This document shows, piece by piece, positions 29,216-39,579 of a DNA stretch of 64,000 nucleotides. Both the position numbers and the translations under genes were made by a program. Within the stretch, counting starts at the first letter, position 1. Each line of letters begins with the position of its first letter. The stretch is taken from NCBI GenBank assembly GCA_041484665.1, contig JBGPIA010000003.1:1-64000 (forward strand). The letters run 5' to 3'. Below the pieces are notes generated by a model that was not told the origin of the DNA, did not search any database, and saw only the letters and a program-made list of their open reading frames with translations. The stretch comes from Candidatus Krumholzibacteriia bacterium (lineage in GTDB: Bacteria; Krumholzibacteriota; Krumholzibacteriia; JAJRXK01).

Positions 29216-32200
29216 TCAGCGTAGCAGCGTGACCTTGGCGGTAGCGCGCTCCCCCGCCACTTCCACCACGAGCTGGTAGATTCCGCTCGCCAGCCCAACG
29301 CCGTGCCCATCCTGCGCCTGCAGCGGCTCGCGCCACGGGCCCTGCGCGCCGAGCGCGCGGTGCCACTGCCGCACCCTGCGTCCGCGCGCGTCGAGCAAGG
29401 TGAAGGCCGCCTCGCCCGCACCGGCATGTTCCAGCTCGATCTCCGCCCGCGGATTGAACGGGTTGGGCCGCACGCGCAGCACCAGAGCGGGGCGGGCCGA
29501 CACGGGCGGCGTGCCGACCGGCGGGGGCGCCACGCACGCGTAGCACGCGTCCTGGGCGGCCGAGCCGCGGCCGCCCGTCCAGAAGTTCGCGGGCTCGGTG
29601 GGCTGGCGGCCCTGCTGCAGATAGAGCCGGTTGCCCCGCGCCACAATCAGATCGGCGCGCCCGTCGCCGTCCAGATCGGCCACCACCCCGGGCAGATGGG
29701 TGAGCGCCGGTTCGAATTGGTGGCCGTCTGCGGCATCCCACTGCAGCCTGGGGTCGGGCGCGCCGTCGGCGTAACCCAGCATCCGCACGACACTGCCGTA
29801 GCGGACCTGGGAGGTCCCCTCCAGCGTCTCCTCCCACGCCAGTTGCACCGGGAACCAACTCTCGGCGCCCGTCGCCGAGAGCACGTCGGCCACCACCGGC
29901 GTTCCCATGGCCACGCGCACGATGCGCGGCCCTGCCCCGGCGAATGCTGCGGACAAGAGCGGCACCGACAGCCACGGCGTGCTGCCGCCGGCCAAGGTCA
30001 CGGCCTGCACGCGGGCACCGGTGCGCCCCTGGGCATCGGTGTACACCAGCGGCACCAGGAGCGCGATGGGCCCGCCCCGAACCAGGCGCGACGGCACCAC
30101 CCCCGCCAGCGCGCGCACCACGGCGTCGCCACTCTCTCCCAGGGCGATGGGGAAGCCGGGTTGCAACGCGCCATCAGCACCCAACAGCAGCAGCCACACG
30201 CTGCCGTCGGCGCGCTGCTCGGTGAGTGCCACGCGAGCGCCGGACCCCGGATCGCCCACCAGCACGGGCGCCGAGAGCGTCACACCCGGCGGGCGCAACA
30301 CCGGCCAGCCCGGCAGCAGGGCCGAGTCGGCCGCGCGGGCATGGATCTTCCCTTCCTGGGTGGCGATCACCACTTCGCTCACGCCATCGCCGTTGACGTC
30401 GCCGACGGCCGCGGGCCCGGCCGCCCCCGCGCCCAGCACCCAGCGATCCACCTCGGCGCCCGCGGCGTCGAGGATCGCAGCGCCATCGTCGGTGCCGACC
30501 ACGAGGCGCGTCTGCCCCGCAGCGCTCCAGAGCGCGGGACCCGTGGTGGGCGTTCCGCTGGCCACTGTGGTCTGGAATTTCAGCACCCCGTCGAGGCCCA
30601 CACCGTAGACGTCGCCGAACCCGGACCCGCACACGATGCGGATCCCCTGTCCCAGATCCCCTACCACCGGGGCGGTCAGCGCTCCGGTGCGATCGGAGGC
30701 GCTGAAGAACGTGCGGGGGAACGGCGCGAAGGCGTGGCCGTCCCCGCGGAAGACGTAGATGGTGTGCCCTGAGGCGTCGATGGACACGTTGTTGGGCGCG
30801 ATGATCTCCGGCAGGCCGTCGCCATCGAGATCGTAGGTCGCCGGTGCCACCGTCATGGGGGCCGAGAGCTGCAGCGGCCACAGGCGGCCCTGGGCGGCGA
30901 GCTGGTCGGTCACCAGCGTTGCCGTGCCCTTGCCACTGATGCGCTTGACCACCAGCACGTACCAGCCCGCTGCGAGATTCGGCAGCTGCAGCGACTCCGG
31001 CGTGCCGGGCGCTGGTGAGCGGGAGGCCGCCTCCAGCACGACGTCGTCGCCGGTGTCGCGGTAGAGCATCAGGTCGAAGTCCGCCTGCGCGGGCACGCTC
31101 AGATCGGCTACCAACGACTGCGCGCCCAGCACCGGCAGGCGGGCGGACCACACGGCGCTGCCCGTGACCGGCGACTCCAACACGAAGGCCGCGCGGTCGC
31201 CCGGCCAGATCACCCGGCGCACGGCGTCCACAGCGCCGTCGACCTGCAGCAAACCGAAGCCCTCCGCCGGGTCTTGCCCCCCGCGGTCCAGACGCAAGCC
31301 CGGCGGCCGCGTCGACTCGTACTCCTGCGTCTCCACGGCGGTGGCTGCAAGCAGCGCAGTGAGCCAACGCACCTGCGCGGCGTCGGTGCGCCATACGCGC
31401 CCACCCTCCGCCAGCGCCTGCGAGATCAGGCTCACCGCCCCGGCAACGTGCGCAGCCGCGAGCGAGGTGCCGACGCGGCCGCGGTAGGAGTCGTTGGGCT
31501 CGTTGTCGCAGGTGACGATGGCACCGCTGGGATCGATGCTCCCGCCACCGGGCGCGACCAGGTCGGGGACGCGCAGCGCCAGATCGCCCGGGGTGTTGTA
31601 CGCCGCGAGCCGTCCATCGGGATCGGTGGCCCCTACCGTGATGGCCTCGGGACAGCGCGCCGGGTACGCAAGCGGGGCGTGCGGGTCATTGCCGATAGGG
31701 CAGATCACCGCGATGCCGGCCTGGGTCAGCGCGCGCACCGCATCGGAAATCGCCAGATCGTCGGGCCAGGTCGCCCCGATCAGGCACGCACGCACGCGGT
31801 AGCTCTGCAGGTGCGCCAGCAGCCAGTCGATCCCCAGCAGCAGGTCGCTCGCCCACACCTCCCAGTGGCCCTCGAAGTTGTAGGTCTTGACGATCACCAG
31901 GCGCGCCTGGGGGGCAACTCCCGCCAGGCGCGGGTCGACGACCCCGCCCCCCGCGGCCACCCCCGCCAGCGCGGTGCCGTGGCGGTGGTAATCGTAGGGG
32001 CCCAGCGCGCCGGGCATATCGTCGGAGACATCGTGCCAGCCCACCACGCGCAACGCGAGGTTTGCAGGGAAGCCAGCGCCTGCCGCGTCGCGCCAGTCGT
32101 CGGGGTCGCCGGCCGCGGCGGGCGGTAGGTCGGTGTTGTCGAAGTCGGGGTCGCCCAGGTCGTCGTGGGCCGTGTCGCAGCCGCTGTCGAGGATGGCGAT

Positions 32201-32782
32201 GGAGCTTCCAGGATCTCCACGCAGGTTAAGAGTCTGCCACACGTAGGGGCGCACGCCCACCAGCGCAGTGGTGCGAATGAGGCACGGCGTCCCGCCCGCG
32301 TCGCGGCGCAGCTCGCCCAGCGCCGTCCAGGCCTGTTCCACGGCGCCCACGCTCTCGGCGGGAGCCTCCAGCACCCACAGGTCGCCAAAGCGCGCCAGCC
32401 GCGCCACCAGGGCCGCGCCGGCCGCGCCGAGGTGGGTCTGCGCCGCCACCGGGTCGTCCGGGCGCAGCACCCAGCGCGCGCGCAGCGACGTGTCGCCGTC
32501 GACCGCGCCCATCCAGCCGCCCGGATCCGCGGTTCCCTCGGGCGTCGCGGGCAACGCGGTGGCGCGGCCGGGGGCGGCGGGCAGCTGGGCCGCGAGCATC
32601 ACCAACAGGACGACCGCTGGCGCCACGAACCGCCGCGCGGGAGGCCTCCGTCCCTGCCACGCGGCCGCTGCACCCGCCGGCAGACAGCACGCGGGATCCT
32701 CCGCCGCGGGGGTGGGCGACGGCACGGAACGCCGGAGATTCGGTGATGGGGTGGTTGTGGGGCTCACGGCACGCCAGGGCAC
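29216..32782 (-). CDS. Secreted S8 subtilase with PPC-like domain, FG-GAP repeats and C-terminal FlgD/T9SS-like domain
   Basis: Triad ILDSG / HGTALAG / GTSLAA; DLDGDG and DVNGDG repeats; PNPFNP...LASGIY. Start uncertain. Confidence 0.88.
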   Translation of the reverse strand: MPWRAVSPTTTPSPNLRRSVPSPTPAAEDPACCLPAGAAAAWQGRRPPARRFVAPAVVLLVMLAAQLPAAPGRATALPATPEGTADPGGWMGAVDGDTSLRARWVLRPDDPVAAQTHLGAAGAALVARLARFGDLWVLEAPAESVGAVEQAWTALGELRRDAGGTPCLIRTTALVGVRPYVWQTLNLRGDPGSSIAILDSGCDTAHDDLGDPDFDNTDLPPAAAGDPDDWRDAAGAGFPANLALRVVGWHDVSDDMPGALGPYDYHRHGTALAGVAAGGGVVDPRLAGVAPQARLVIVKTYNFEGHWEVWASDLLLGIDWLLAHLQSYRVRACLIGATWPDDLAISDAVRALTQAGIAVICPIGNDPHAPLAYPARCPEAITVGATDPDGRLAAYNTPGDLALRVPDLVAPGGGSIDPSGAIVTCDNEPNDSYRGRVGTSLAAAHVAGAVSLISQALAEGGRVWRTDAAQVRWLTALLAATAVETQEYESTRPPGLRLDRGGQDPAEGFGLLQVDGAVDAVRRVIWPGDRAAFVLESPVTGSAVWSARLPVLGAQSLVADLSVPAQADFDLMLYRDTGDDVVLEAASRSPAPGTPESLQLPNLAAGWYVLVVKRISGKGTATLVTDQLAAQGRLWPLQLSAPMTVAPATYDLDGDGLPEIIAPNNVSIDASGHTIYVFRGDGHAFAPFPRTFFSASDRTGALTAPVVGDLGQGIRIVCGSGFGDVYGVGLDGVLKFQTTVASGTPTTGPALWSAAGQTRLVVGTDDGAAILDAAGAEVDRWVLGAGAAGPAAVGDVNGDGVSEVVIATQEGKIHARAADSALLPGWPVLRPPGVTLSAPVLVGDPGSGARVALTEQRADGSVWLLLLGADGALQPGFPIALGESGDAVVRALAGVVPSRLVRGGPIALLVPLVYTDAQGRTGARVQAVTLAGGSTPWLSVPLLSAAFAGAGPRIVRVAMGTPVVADVLSATGAESWFPVQLAWEETLEGTSQVRYGSVVRMLGYADGAPDPRLQWDAADGHQFEPALTHLPGVVADLDGDGRADLIVARGNRLYLQQGRQPTEPANFWTGGRGSAAQDACYACVAPPPVGTPPVSARPALVLRVRPNPFNPRAEIELEHAGAGEAAFTLLDARGRRVRQWHRALGAQGPWREPLQAQDGHGVGLASGIYQLVVEVAGERATAKVTLLR

Positions 32783-32939
32783 GGGGAGCGGCCTGCGGAA
32801 GGGCGCGGCGCGCTCGCGCCCGGCGCGTGCCGCGTCAGCAAGTTAGGGACGGGCGACCCCCGCGGTCAACGCGTCGCCGCCCCGACGCGAGCTGCCGCGC
32901 CGGCCCGCGTCGGGGCGGGGCTGCGCGCCCCCCGGCACT

Positions 32940-33365
32940 TCAGCCGTCCAGCCGCACCGCGCGCAGGTGGCTCAAGGCCAGCGCATCGGCCTGCAGATCG
33001 ATCGTCACCACGTCGAAGCGGACGGTCCGCCCCGGCCAGCACAGGTCTTGGCGTCGCCTCAGGATACTCCGCGCGCACGCCCGCAGCCGGCGCCGCTTGT
33101 CGTGGCCGATGGATCCCGCGGCGCTGCTCCACGCCCCCGCCGAACGCAGACGCACCTCGACGAACACCAGCGCCGGCCCGTCGCGCGCCACGATATCCAC
33201 CTCGCCCGCCTCACCGCGCAGGTTGCGCCCGAGAACCTGCAGCCCGGAAAGCTGCAGGAAGGCGGCGGCGATCTCTTCCCCGAGTGCGCCGCGGCGGGGG
33301 GCGATGCCGCCGTGGCGCGGCGCGCGCGCAGCGGAGCCCGGCGTCCGCAGCGGATCGCTCTGCAT
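32940..33365 (-). CDS. yraN: YraN family (UPF0102) nuclease-like protein
   Basis: GALGEEIA, GEVDIVA, LVFVEVR, RFDVV. Confidence 0.9.
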   Translation of the reverse strand: MQSDPLRTPGSAARAPRHGGIAPRRGALGEEIAAAFLQLSGLQVLGRNLRGEAGEVDIVARDGPALVFVEVRLRSAGAWSSAAGSIGHDKRRRLRACARSILRRRQDLCWPGRTVRFDVVTIDLQADALALSHLRAVRLDG

Positions 33366-33442
33366 CGTGGGCCTCTCGCGGGAGGCAGCCGATTCGTGGT
33401 GGAAGGCGGTACAGAGGCAGCGGAGGCGATGGAGCGCAGCGC

Positions 33443-34078
33443 TCAGAGCGCCAGCGGAAGCTGGGCGCAGACGGATCGGACCGGGGCGAAGGACCGGCGG
33501 TGCAACGGGCAAGCCCCGGCCCGTGCCAGCGCCTGCAGGTGGTGTGGCGTGGGGTAGCCCACGTTGGAGGCGAACCCGTAGACGGGATACCTGCGGTGCC
33601 AGGCGCGCATGAGACGGTCGCGGGCCACCTTGGCCAGGATGCTCGCAGCAGCGATCGCCTGGCTGCGCCCGTCCCCGCGCACGATGGCGATCCCCGGCGC
33701 GGGCAGGCCTTCGGGCAGGTAGGGGCCATCCACCAGCACGAGATCCGGCGGCACGCGCAAGCGCGCCACGGCGCGACGCATGCCCGAGAGGGTGGCACCC
33801 AGCACGTTGCGCGCGTCCACCTCGGATGCGGCAACTGCGACCGCCGCCCAGCAGACGGCAGCCGCGCGGATGACTCCGAACGCGGTCTCGCGCTGCCTAC
33901 GGGTGAGGCGCTTGGAGTCGTCGACCCCGGGCAGCCGCAGTCCTGCCGGCAGGATGACGGCGGCGACGACGACCGGGCCCGCCAGACACCCGCGGCCGAC
34001 CTCGTCGACGCCAGCCAGCCGGCACGCCCCACGCCGCGCCGCCACGCGCGCGTCGAAGCGAGCCAGGGCCGCGCTCAA
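33443..34078 (-). CDS. rnhB: Ribonuclease HII
   Basis: [40 protein letters not shown] start inferred. Confidence 0.95.
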   Translation of the reverse strand: MSAALARFDARVAARRGACRLAGVDEVGRGCLAGPVVVAAVILPAGLRLPGVDDSKRLTRRQRETAFGVIRAAAVCWAAVAVAASEVDARNVLGATLSGMRRAVARLRVPPDLVLVDGPYLPEGLPAPGIAIVRGDGRSQAIAAASILAKVARDRLMRAWHRRYPVYGFASNVGYPTPHHLQALARAGACPLHRRSFAPVRSVCAQLPLAL

Positions 34079-34518
34079 GCCTTCCCGTCCTCCGCGGCGG
34101 GCTCCGGCGGCGCCGCATCGGTGCCGGATCCTGTGGCGATCGCGTCCGTCCCGGGCTCTCTGGCGACCGCCTCGGCCCCCTCCTGCTGCTGGATGCGGGC
34201 TCCCTTGCCCGAGCGGCCACGCAGGTAGTTCAGGCGCGCGCGGCGCACTCGCCCGCGGCGCGACACCTCGATGCTCACCACGTTGGGTGAGTGCAGGGGG
34301 AACACGCGCTCGACGGCGATCCCGGCGCTGATCTTGCGCACGGTGAACGACTCCTCGATCTGCCCTCCGCGGCGGTCGATGACCACCCCCTCGAAGAGCT
34401 GCGTGCGGGTCTTGTCCCCCTCGCGCACGCGCACCGCCACGCGCACGGTGTCGCCGACGTGGAAGTCGGGCACGTCCTTGCGCAGCTGCTGCTGCCGGAT
34501 CGAATCCATGATGTTCAT
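34075..34518 (-). CDS. rplS: 50S ribosomal protein L19
   Basis: [37 protein letters not shown]. Confidence 0.98.
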   Translation of the reverse strand: MNIMDSIRQQQLRKDVPDFHVGDTVRVAVRVREGDKTRTQLFEGVVIDRRGGQIEESFTVRKISAGIAVERVFPLHSPNVVSIEVSRRGRVRRARLNYLRGRSGKGARIQQQEGAEAVAREPGTDAIATGSGTDAAPPEPAAEDGKA

Positions 34519-34524
34519 GGCTCT

Positions 34525-35235
34525 CTACCTCCTGCCTCTCTCTTCGTCGCTGCGCGGCTCCGCCAGCAGATCGGGCCGCCGCGCCTGCGTGCGGGCGCGG
34601 CTGCTCGCCTGGCGCCACCGCGCGATCGCTGCGTGGTCGCCCGACATCAGCGCCTCCGGCACGCGCAGCCCGCGGTACTCCGCAGGCCTGGTGTAGTAGG
34701 CCGCATCGAGCAGCCCTTCGCGCCCGGCGCTGAAGCTATCCGTCTCGGCGGACTCCGCGCTGCCTAGCACGCCGGGCAGCCTGCGGATCACCGCGTCGAC
34801 CACCACCAGCGCCGCCAGCTCCCCGCCCGAGAGCACGTAGTCGCCGATGGAGATCTCGTCCGTCACGACGAGCTCGCGAATCCGCTCGTCGATCCCCTTG
34901 TACCGCCCGCACACGAGCACCAGTTGCTCGTGCCGCGCGAGTTCGTCGGCGACGGGCTGGGAGAACACCCGCCCCGCGGGGCTCATCAGGATCACCGGCG
35001 CCCCCGGCAGGCGCACCGACTCCACTGCCTCCACCACGGGCGGCGCCTGCAGGATCATCCCGGCGCCCCCCCCGTAGGGCGCGTCATCGACGGTTCCGTG
35101 CCGGTCCACGGCGAAACGGCGCACGTCGGTGACCACCACCCGCACCCGGCCCGTCTCGACTGCGCGTCCGATCACTCCCGCCCCGAGCACCGCGCGGCAC
35201 ATCTCCGGCATCAGGGTCAGCAGGTCGATGCGCAC
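34525..35235 (-). CDS. trmD: tRNA (guanine-N1)-methyltransferase
   Basis: [37 protein letters not shown]. Confidence 0.97.
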   Translation of the reverse strand: MRIDLLTLMPEMCRAVLGAGVIGRAVETGRVRVVVTDVRRFAVDRHGTVDDAPYGGGAGMILQAPPVVEAVESVRLPGAPVILMSPAGRVFSQPVADELARHEQLVLVCGRYKGIDERIRELVVTDEISIGDYVLSGGELAALVVVDAVIRRLPGVLGSAESAETDSFSAGREGLLDAAYYTRPAEYRGLRVPEALMSGDHAAIARWRQASSRARTQARRPDLLAEPRSDEERGRR

Positions 35236-35297
35236 GCGGCCTCCCTCCGGCCGTCGTTATCTCCCCGCCGGCAGCTTGCGGCCTTTGCCGCCGGACT

Positions 35298-35834
35298 TCA
35301 GATCGGATTGCCGCCGTCGAGCAGCCCCGGCAGCGGCTCGATCGTCAGCGTGCCTCCCCGCCGATCCAGCGTCCGCAGCACCGGCGGGATCACTGGAATC
35401 AGCACCTCGTCCCCTCCGGGCTGCCGCACGCTCAGCACCCAGTTCGCCGGCAACAGCAGGACATCGTCGACCACCCCGACCGTCTCGCCGGCCACCGTGC
35501 GTACCGTCAGCCCCAGGTACACGAACGGAAGCGGGTGCGCGGGCTTGGGGAAATCGTCGCGATCGTAGTCCTCCTCGAGGAAGCCCACCTGCTGTCCCAC
35601 CGCCGCGCGCGCCGCATCCACCGCGTCGATGCCGCGCAGTTTCAGCACCAGCGCGCGTCCCTGCCAGCGCCAGTGCTCCAGGCCGGCCGGTCCGACGCTG
35701 TCGCCCGGGCCACGGCGCCAGAGGAACCGCGAATCGAGCACCTCCTCGACCAGGTCGGCCAGGGGCGCCGCCTTGAGCTCTCCCCGCAGGCCCACCGGGC
35801 GTGTCAGTTCTGCCATGGCGATGAACACGGCCAA
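35298..35834 (-). CDS. rimM: 16S rRNA processing protein RimM
   Basis: GLRGEL, LKLRGID, LIP motif; position between khpA and trmD. Confidence 0.9.
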   Translation of the reverse strand: MAVFIAMAELTRPVGLRGELKAAPLADLVEEVLDSRFLWRRGPGDSVGPAGLEHWRWQGRALVLKLRGIDAVDAARAAVGQQVGFLEEDYDRDDFPKPAHPLPFVYLGLTVRTVAGETVGVVDDVLLLPANWVLSVRQPGGDEVLIPVIPPVLRTLDRRGGTLTIEPLPGLLDGGNPI

Positions 35835-35858
35835 GTCCCCGCCGCCCGGTCGCGGGCC

Positions 35859-36089
35859 TCAGTCCAGGATCTCGATCTCCACGCGCAAACCGCGCCGCAG
35901 TGCGATCCCCGAGACAAGCGTGCGCAACGCGTCCACGGTCGCCCCGGCCTTCCCGATCACGTGCCCCCGGTCGTCGGGATGCATGCGGAGCTGGTAGACC
36001 ACGCGCCGACCCGTCTCGCGCTCCTCCACCTCGACGTCCTCGGGATGGTCCACGATCCCGCGCACGATGGTGCCGATCAGCCCCTTCAC
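35859..36089 (-). CDS. khpA: KH-domain RNA-binding protein
   Basis: IVDHPEDV, DRGHVIGKAG; follows rpsP. Confidence 0.92.
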   Translation of the reverse strand: MKGLIGTIVRGIVDHPEDVEVEERETGRRVVYQLRMHPDDRGHVIGKAGATVDALRTLVSGIALRRGLRVEIEILD

Positions 36090-36568
36090 GCGCTCGCGCC
36101 CGCGTCCGGCGCCGCGGGAGCCTCGTCCGCGGGGGGAGCGGCCTCCGCCTGCGCCTTCTTGCGCGCCGCGGCAGCGGCGGCCGCGACGGCCCGAGCCTTC
36201 TCATCGGCCTTGCGCCGCTTCTCCACGCGCACCACCTCGAACTTCTTGCGGCGTGCCGAGCGGAAGGCCTCGACCTGGCCGTCGATCTCCTCGGTGGGCA
36301 CGCCCTGCTTCTCGAGGTGCCAGCGCAGGAGCACGCCCTCGTTGCGCAGCAGGCTGCGCGCCGTGTCGCTGAGGCCGGCGCCGAGCTTCAGCCACGCAAT
36401 GGTCCCACCCGCGTCGATCTTACACTCGTACGGATCGGCGAATGGGTTGTAATAGCCCAGCTGCTCGGTAGCCGCCCCGTCACGGCGGTTGCGGGAATCG
36501 ACCACGATCAGGCGGTAGAACGGTCGCTTCTTCTTGCCCAGGCGCGTCAGACGGATCGTCGTTGCCAT
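36086..36568 (-). CDS. rpsP: 30S ribosomal protein S16 (long C-terminal form)
   Basis: IRLTRLGKKKRPFYRLIVVDSR, RDG, LGYYNP. Confidence 0.97.
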   Translation of the reverse strand: MATTIRLTRLGKKKRPFYRLIVVDSRNRRDGAATEQLGYYNPFADPYECKIDAGGTIAWLKLGAGLSDTARSLLRNEGVLLRWHLEKQGVPTEEIDGQVEAFRSARRKKFEVVRVEKRRKADEKARAVAAAAAAARKKAQAEAAPPADEAPAAPDAGASA

Positions 36569-36620
36569 CGCTTTCCTCCGTTACGGTTCGAGCGGCGGAC
36601 CCGCGCTCTCCAGCACGATC

Positions 36621-37970
36621 CTACATGCCGGCGAGGAAGCCCTTGCCGAGGCGGTCGATCGACCCTGCTTTCTTCAGGGCCCTCATCATCTTCTTCATGT
36701 CGCGGTACTGCTTCAGTACACGGTTCACGTCCGCGACGTCCGTGCCGCTCCCGCGCGCGATGCGCTTGCGCCGGCTGCCGTTGAGGATCTCCGGGCGGCG
36801 GCGCTCATCCTTGGTCATGGAGCGGATGATGGCCGTCACGCGATCGAGCTGCCGCTCGTCGATGGCGGCTCCTTTGAGCGCCTTGGCGTTCATGCCGGGC
36901 AACAGCCCCAGCACCTGCTTGAGTGGCCCCATCTTGCGCACCTGTTGGAGCTGCTCAAGCATGTCCTCGAAGGTGAACTCGGCGCGGCGCAGCTTGCGCT
37001 CGAGCTTCTGCGCCTGCTCCTCGTCGATTCCCTCCTGGGCCTTTTCGATCAGGGACATCATGTCGCCCATGCCCAGGATGCGCCCGGCCATCCGGTCGGG
37101 ATGGAAGGCGTCCAGGTCGGCGATCTTCTCGCCCACGCCCACCAGCTTGATGGGCTTGCCCGTCACCTGCACCAGCGACAGTGCCGCTCCCCCGCGCGCG
37201 TCGCCGTCGAGCTTGGTTAGCACCGAGCCCGTGATGCCGATGCGCTGGTCGAAGGTACGCGCGATGGACACGGCTTCCTGGCCGGTCATGGCATCGAGCA
37301 CCAGCAGCTTCTCCGCCGGCCGCAGCGCCGTGGTGAGGCGCGCGAGCTCTCCCATCAGCGGCTCGTCGATCTGCAGGCGGCCGGCCGTGTCCACGATCAG
37401 CACGTCGCACAGGCGGGCGCGCGCAGCGGCCAGGGCGTTCTGCGCCACCGCCACCACGTCGCCCTTGCCCGGCTCGGAGCGCTCCGCGTGGCAGGGCACC
37501 TGGGCCTGGGCGGCGAGCACCTCGAGCTGATCGATGGCGGCCGGGCGCTGCAGGTCGCAGGCCACCAGCATCGGGCGCCGGCCCTTGCCCTTGAGCTGCA
37601 GGGCGAGCTTGGCGCAGAACGTCGTCTTGCCGCTGCCCTGCAGCCCCATGACCAGGATGGTCGCCGGAGGCGTGCCACCGAGCGCCAGCGGCTCCAGATG
37701 ACCGCCCAACAGCTGCACCAGCTCGTCGTGGACGATCTTGACAACGTGCTGCTGGGGAGTGAGGCTGCGCAACACCTGCGAGTCGGGCGCGAGCGCCCGT
37801 TCCTTCACGCGGGCGACGAAGTCGCGAGCCACCGACACCTCGACGTCGGCCGCCAGCAACGCTCGGCGGATCTCCCGCAGCGCCTGCTCGAGGGACTCTG
37901 CACTGAGGCGTCCGCCGCCCTGCATGGCGCGGAACACCCCCGCAAGGCGCTCCTGCAGCTCCTGGAACAT
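36621..37970 (-). CDS. ffh: Signal recognition particle protein
   Basis: GLQGSGKTT, DTAGR, TKLDGDARGG, M-domain SMT..ER. Confidence 0.98.
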   Translation of the reverse strand: MFQELQERLAGVFRAMQGGGRLSAESLEQALREIRRALLAADVEVSVARDFVARVKERALAPDSQVLRSLTPQQHVVKIVHDELVQLLGGHLEPLALGGTPPATILVMGLQGSGKTTFCAKLALQLKGKGRRPMLVACDLQRPAAIDQLEVLAAQAQVPCHAERSEPGKGDVVAVAQNALAAARARLCDVLIVDTAGRLQIDEPLMGELARLTTALRPAEKLLVLDAMTGQEAVSIARTFDQRIGITGSVLTKLDGDARGGAALSLVQVTGKPIKLVGVGEKIADLDAFHPDRMAGRILGMGDMMSLIEKAQEGIDEEQAQKLERKLRRAEFTFEDMLEQLQQVRKMGPLKQVLGLLPGMNAKALKGAAIDERQLDRVTAIIRSMTKDERRRPEILNGSRRKRIARGSGTDVADVNRVLKQYRDMKKMMRALKKAGSIDRLGKGFLAGM

Positions 37971-37982
37971 CCATCACCGTCC

Positions 37983-38055
37983 AAAAAAAGGCCCGGGCCG
38001 GCCCCGGGCGCAAACGCCGACCCGGGAGGATAGCAGACGGCTCGCCGTCTCGCAA
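37983..38055 (-). promoter_or_regulatory. putative ffh promoter plus terminator-like leader hairpin
   Basis: TTGCGA-17-TATCCT with TGn extension (38027-38055); GCCCGGG-5 nt-CCCGGGC-C-T7 (38009-37983). Confidence 0.5.
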
Positions 38056-38195
38056 CTTCCTGAGGGCCAAGGGCAAGCGCGGCGGACGGGCAGGCGCAGG
38101 GGCACCGGCTGCGGATCGCTCCGGGCCCCAGCGCGGGCGCCTCGCGTGACCTCTGCGCCACGCCCGAGCGCGCGGCGGCGCGGCAACGGCGCCGC

Positions 38196-38846
38196 TCAGC
38201 CGTCGCCGCGCAGGCTGGCGATGGTGGTCCGGTAGTCGGAGCTGCGGAACAAGGCCGAGCCACAGACCAGGATGTCCGCCCCTGCCGCGCGAGCCGGCGC
38301 CGCGGTCTGCGGGTCGATCCCGCCATCGATCTCCAGAGCGAACTCGAGCCCGTCCTCCTGCCGCCACTGCCGCAGGGTCGCCAGCTTGGACAGCACCGCG
38401 GGATCGAACCGCTGGCCGCCGTAGCCCGGCGGAACCGACATGACGAGGAAGAGATCGCACAGCGGCAGCAGGGGGCGCACGAGGCCGGTCAAGGGCGTCT
38501 GTGGGTTGATCACCAGTCCGCCGCGCACGCCGGCCGCGCGCAACGCGCGCAGCAGCCCGGCGTGATCGACCTCCACCTCGAGATGGAAGCTCACCGAAAC
38601 GCCTCCCGCCGCGGCGAAGCGTGGCGCGTAGCTGGCGGGGTCGGTGATCATCAAGTGACAGTCCAGCGGTAAGGCGCTGCCGCGGGCCACGGCCCGCGCC
38701 ACGTGGGGACCGTAGGTCAGGTTGTCCACGAAGTGGCCGTCCATCACGTCGAGGTGGATGAGGTCGGCGCCCGCGGTCTCGACCGCGCGCAGCTCATCAC
38801 CCAGGCGGAGCACGTCCGCCGAGAGGATCGACGGCGCGACGGCCAC
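38196..38846 (-). CDS. rpe: Ribulose-phosphate 3-epimerase
   Basis: APSILSAD, HLDVMDGHFV, DCHLM, MSVPPGYGGQ, IDGG. Confidence 0.96.
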   Translation of the reverse strand: MAVAPSILSADVLRLGDELRAVETAGADLIHLDVMDGHFVDNLTYGPHVARAVARGSALPLDCHLMITDPASYAPRFAAAGGVSVSFHLEVEVDHAGLLRALRAAGVRGGLVINPQTPLTGLVRPLLPLCDLFLVMSVPPGYGGQRFDPAVLSKLATLRQWRQEDGLEFALEIDGGIDPQTAAPARAAGADILVCGSALFRSSDYRTTIASLRGDG

Positions 38847-38853
38847 GCCGCGC

Positions 38854-39579
38854 TCAGCCCGAGGACGCTGCCACCAGCTCAAGGCTGCCTCCCACCGGGA
38901 TCCGGCTGCCCGCCGCCGGCGATTGCTCCAGGATCGTGCCCGGCGCGGCGCCGCGCTCGCGGCGGTACGTCGCGCGGCGGATCTTGAAGCCGGCGCGCAG
39001 CAGCTCCTCCTGCACGGTCTGCAGGCTGCGCCCCACCAGCGAGGGCACCTTGAAATAGATAGGCGCGTGCCCTTCGCGCAGCAGCACGTCGACCCTGCTG
39101 CCGCGCGCTGCACGCGCACCCGCCCGCGGGTGCTGCGCCACCACGCCGAGCCTGCCCTGGGGATCGAAGCTGCGCGCCACACTCCCCAGGTTGAGCCCCT
39201 CGCGCACGAGTGTGATCTCGCACTGGCGCAGCGTCATGCCCGAGAGGTCGGGCGCCTGGGCCAGCGACTCGCCCTTGCTGACCACTGCACGCAGCGGCCT
39301 TCCCTTGCGCACGGAACGCAAGGCACGGGGTTGCTGCTCGAGCACGACGCCCGGCGGCGTGCCCTCGCGGTAAACCTCCTCGCGCACCTCGAAGAGCAGG
39401 CCCAGGCGCTCGACCTGAGCGCGGGCGTCGTCGACTTTGACGCCGGTGAGGTCGGGAACGAGCACCTCCTGCTGGCGGTGGATGATGTGGGGGAGGACCA
39501 GGTAGTTCGCCAGCGCCACCCCCAGGGCGAACGCCCCGGCCACCAGCAGCACGAGCGTCACCAGCCGCTTGAGCGTCAC
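38854..39579 (-). CDS. Membrane-anchored protein with three PASTA domains
   Basis: N-terminal TM; three repeats VPDLTG / APDLSG / VPSLVG...QxP..G. Confidence 0.9.
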   Translation of the reverse strand: MTLKRLVTLVLLVAGAFALGVALANYLVLPHIIHRQQEVLVPDLTGVKVDDARAQVERLGLLFEVREEVYREGTPPGVVLEQQPRALRSVRKGRPLRAVVSKGESLAQAPDLSGMTLRQCEITLVREGLNLGSVARSFDPQGRLGVVAQHPRAGARAARGSRVDVLLREGHAPIYFKVPSLVGRSLQTVQEELLRAGFKIRRATYRRERGAAPGTILEQSPAAGSRIPVGGSLELVAASSG

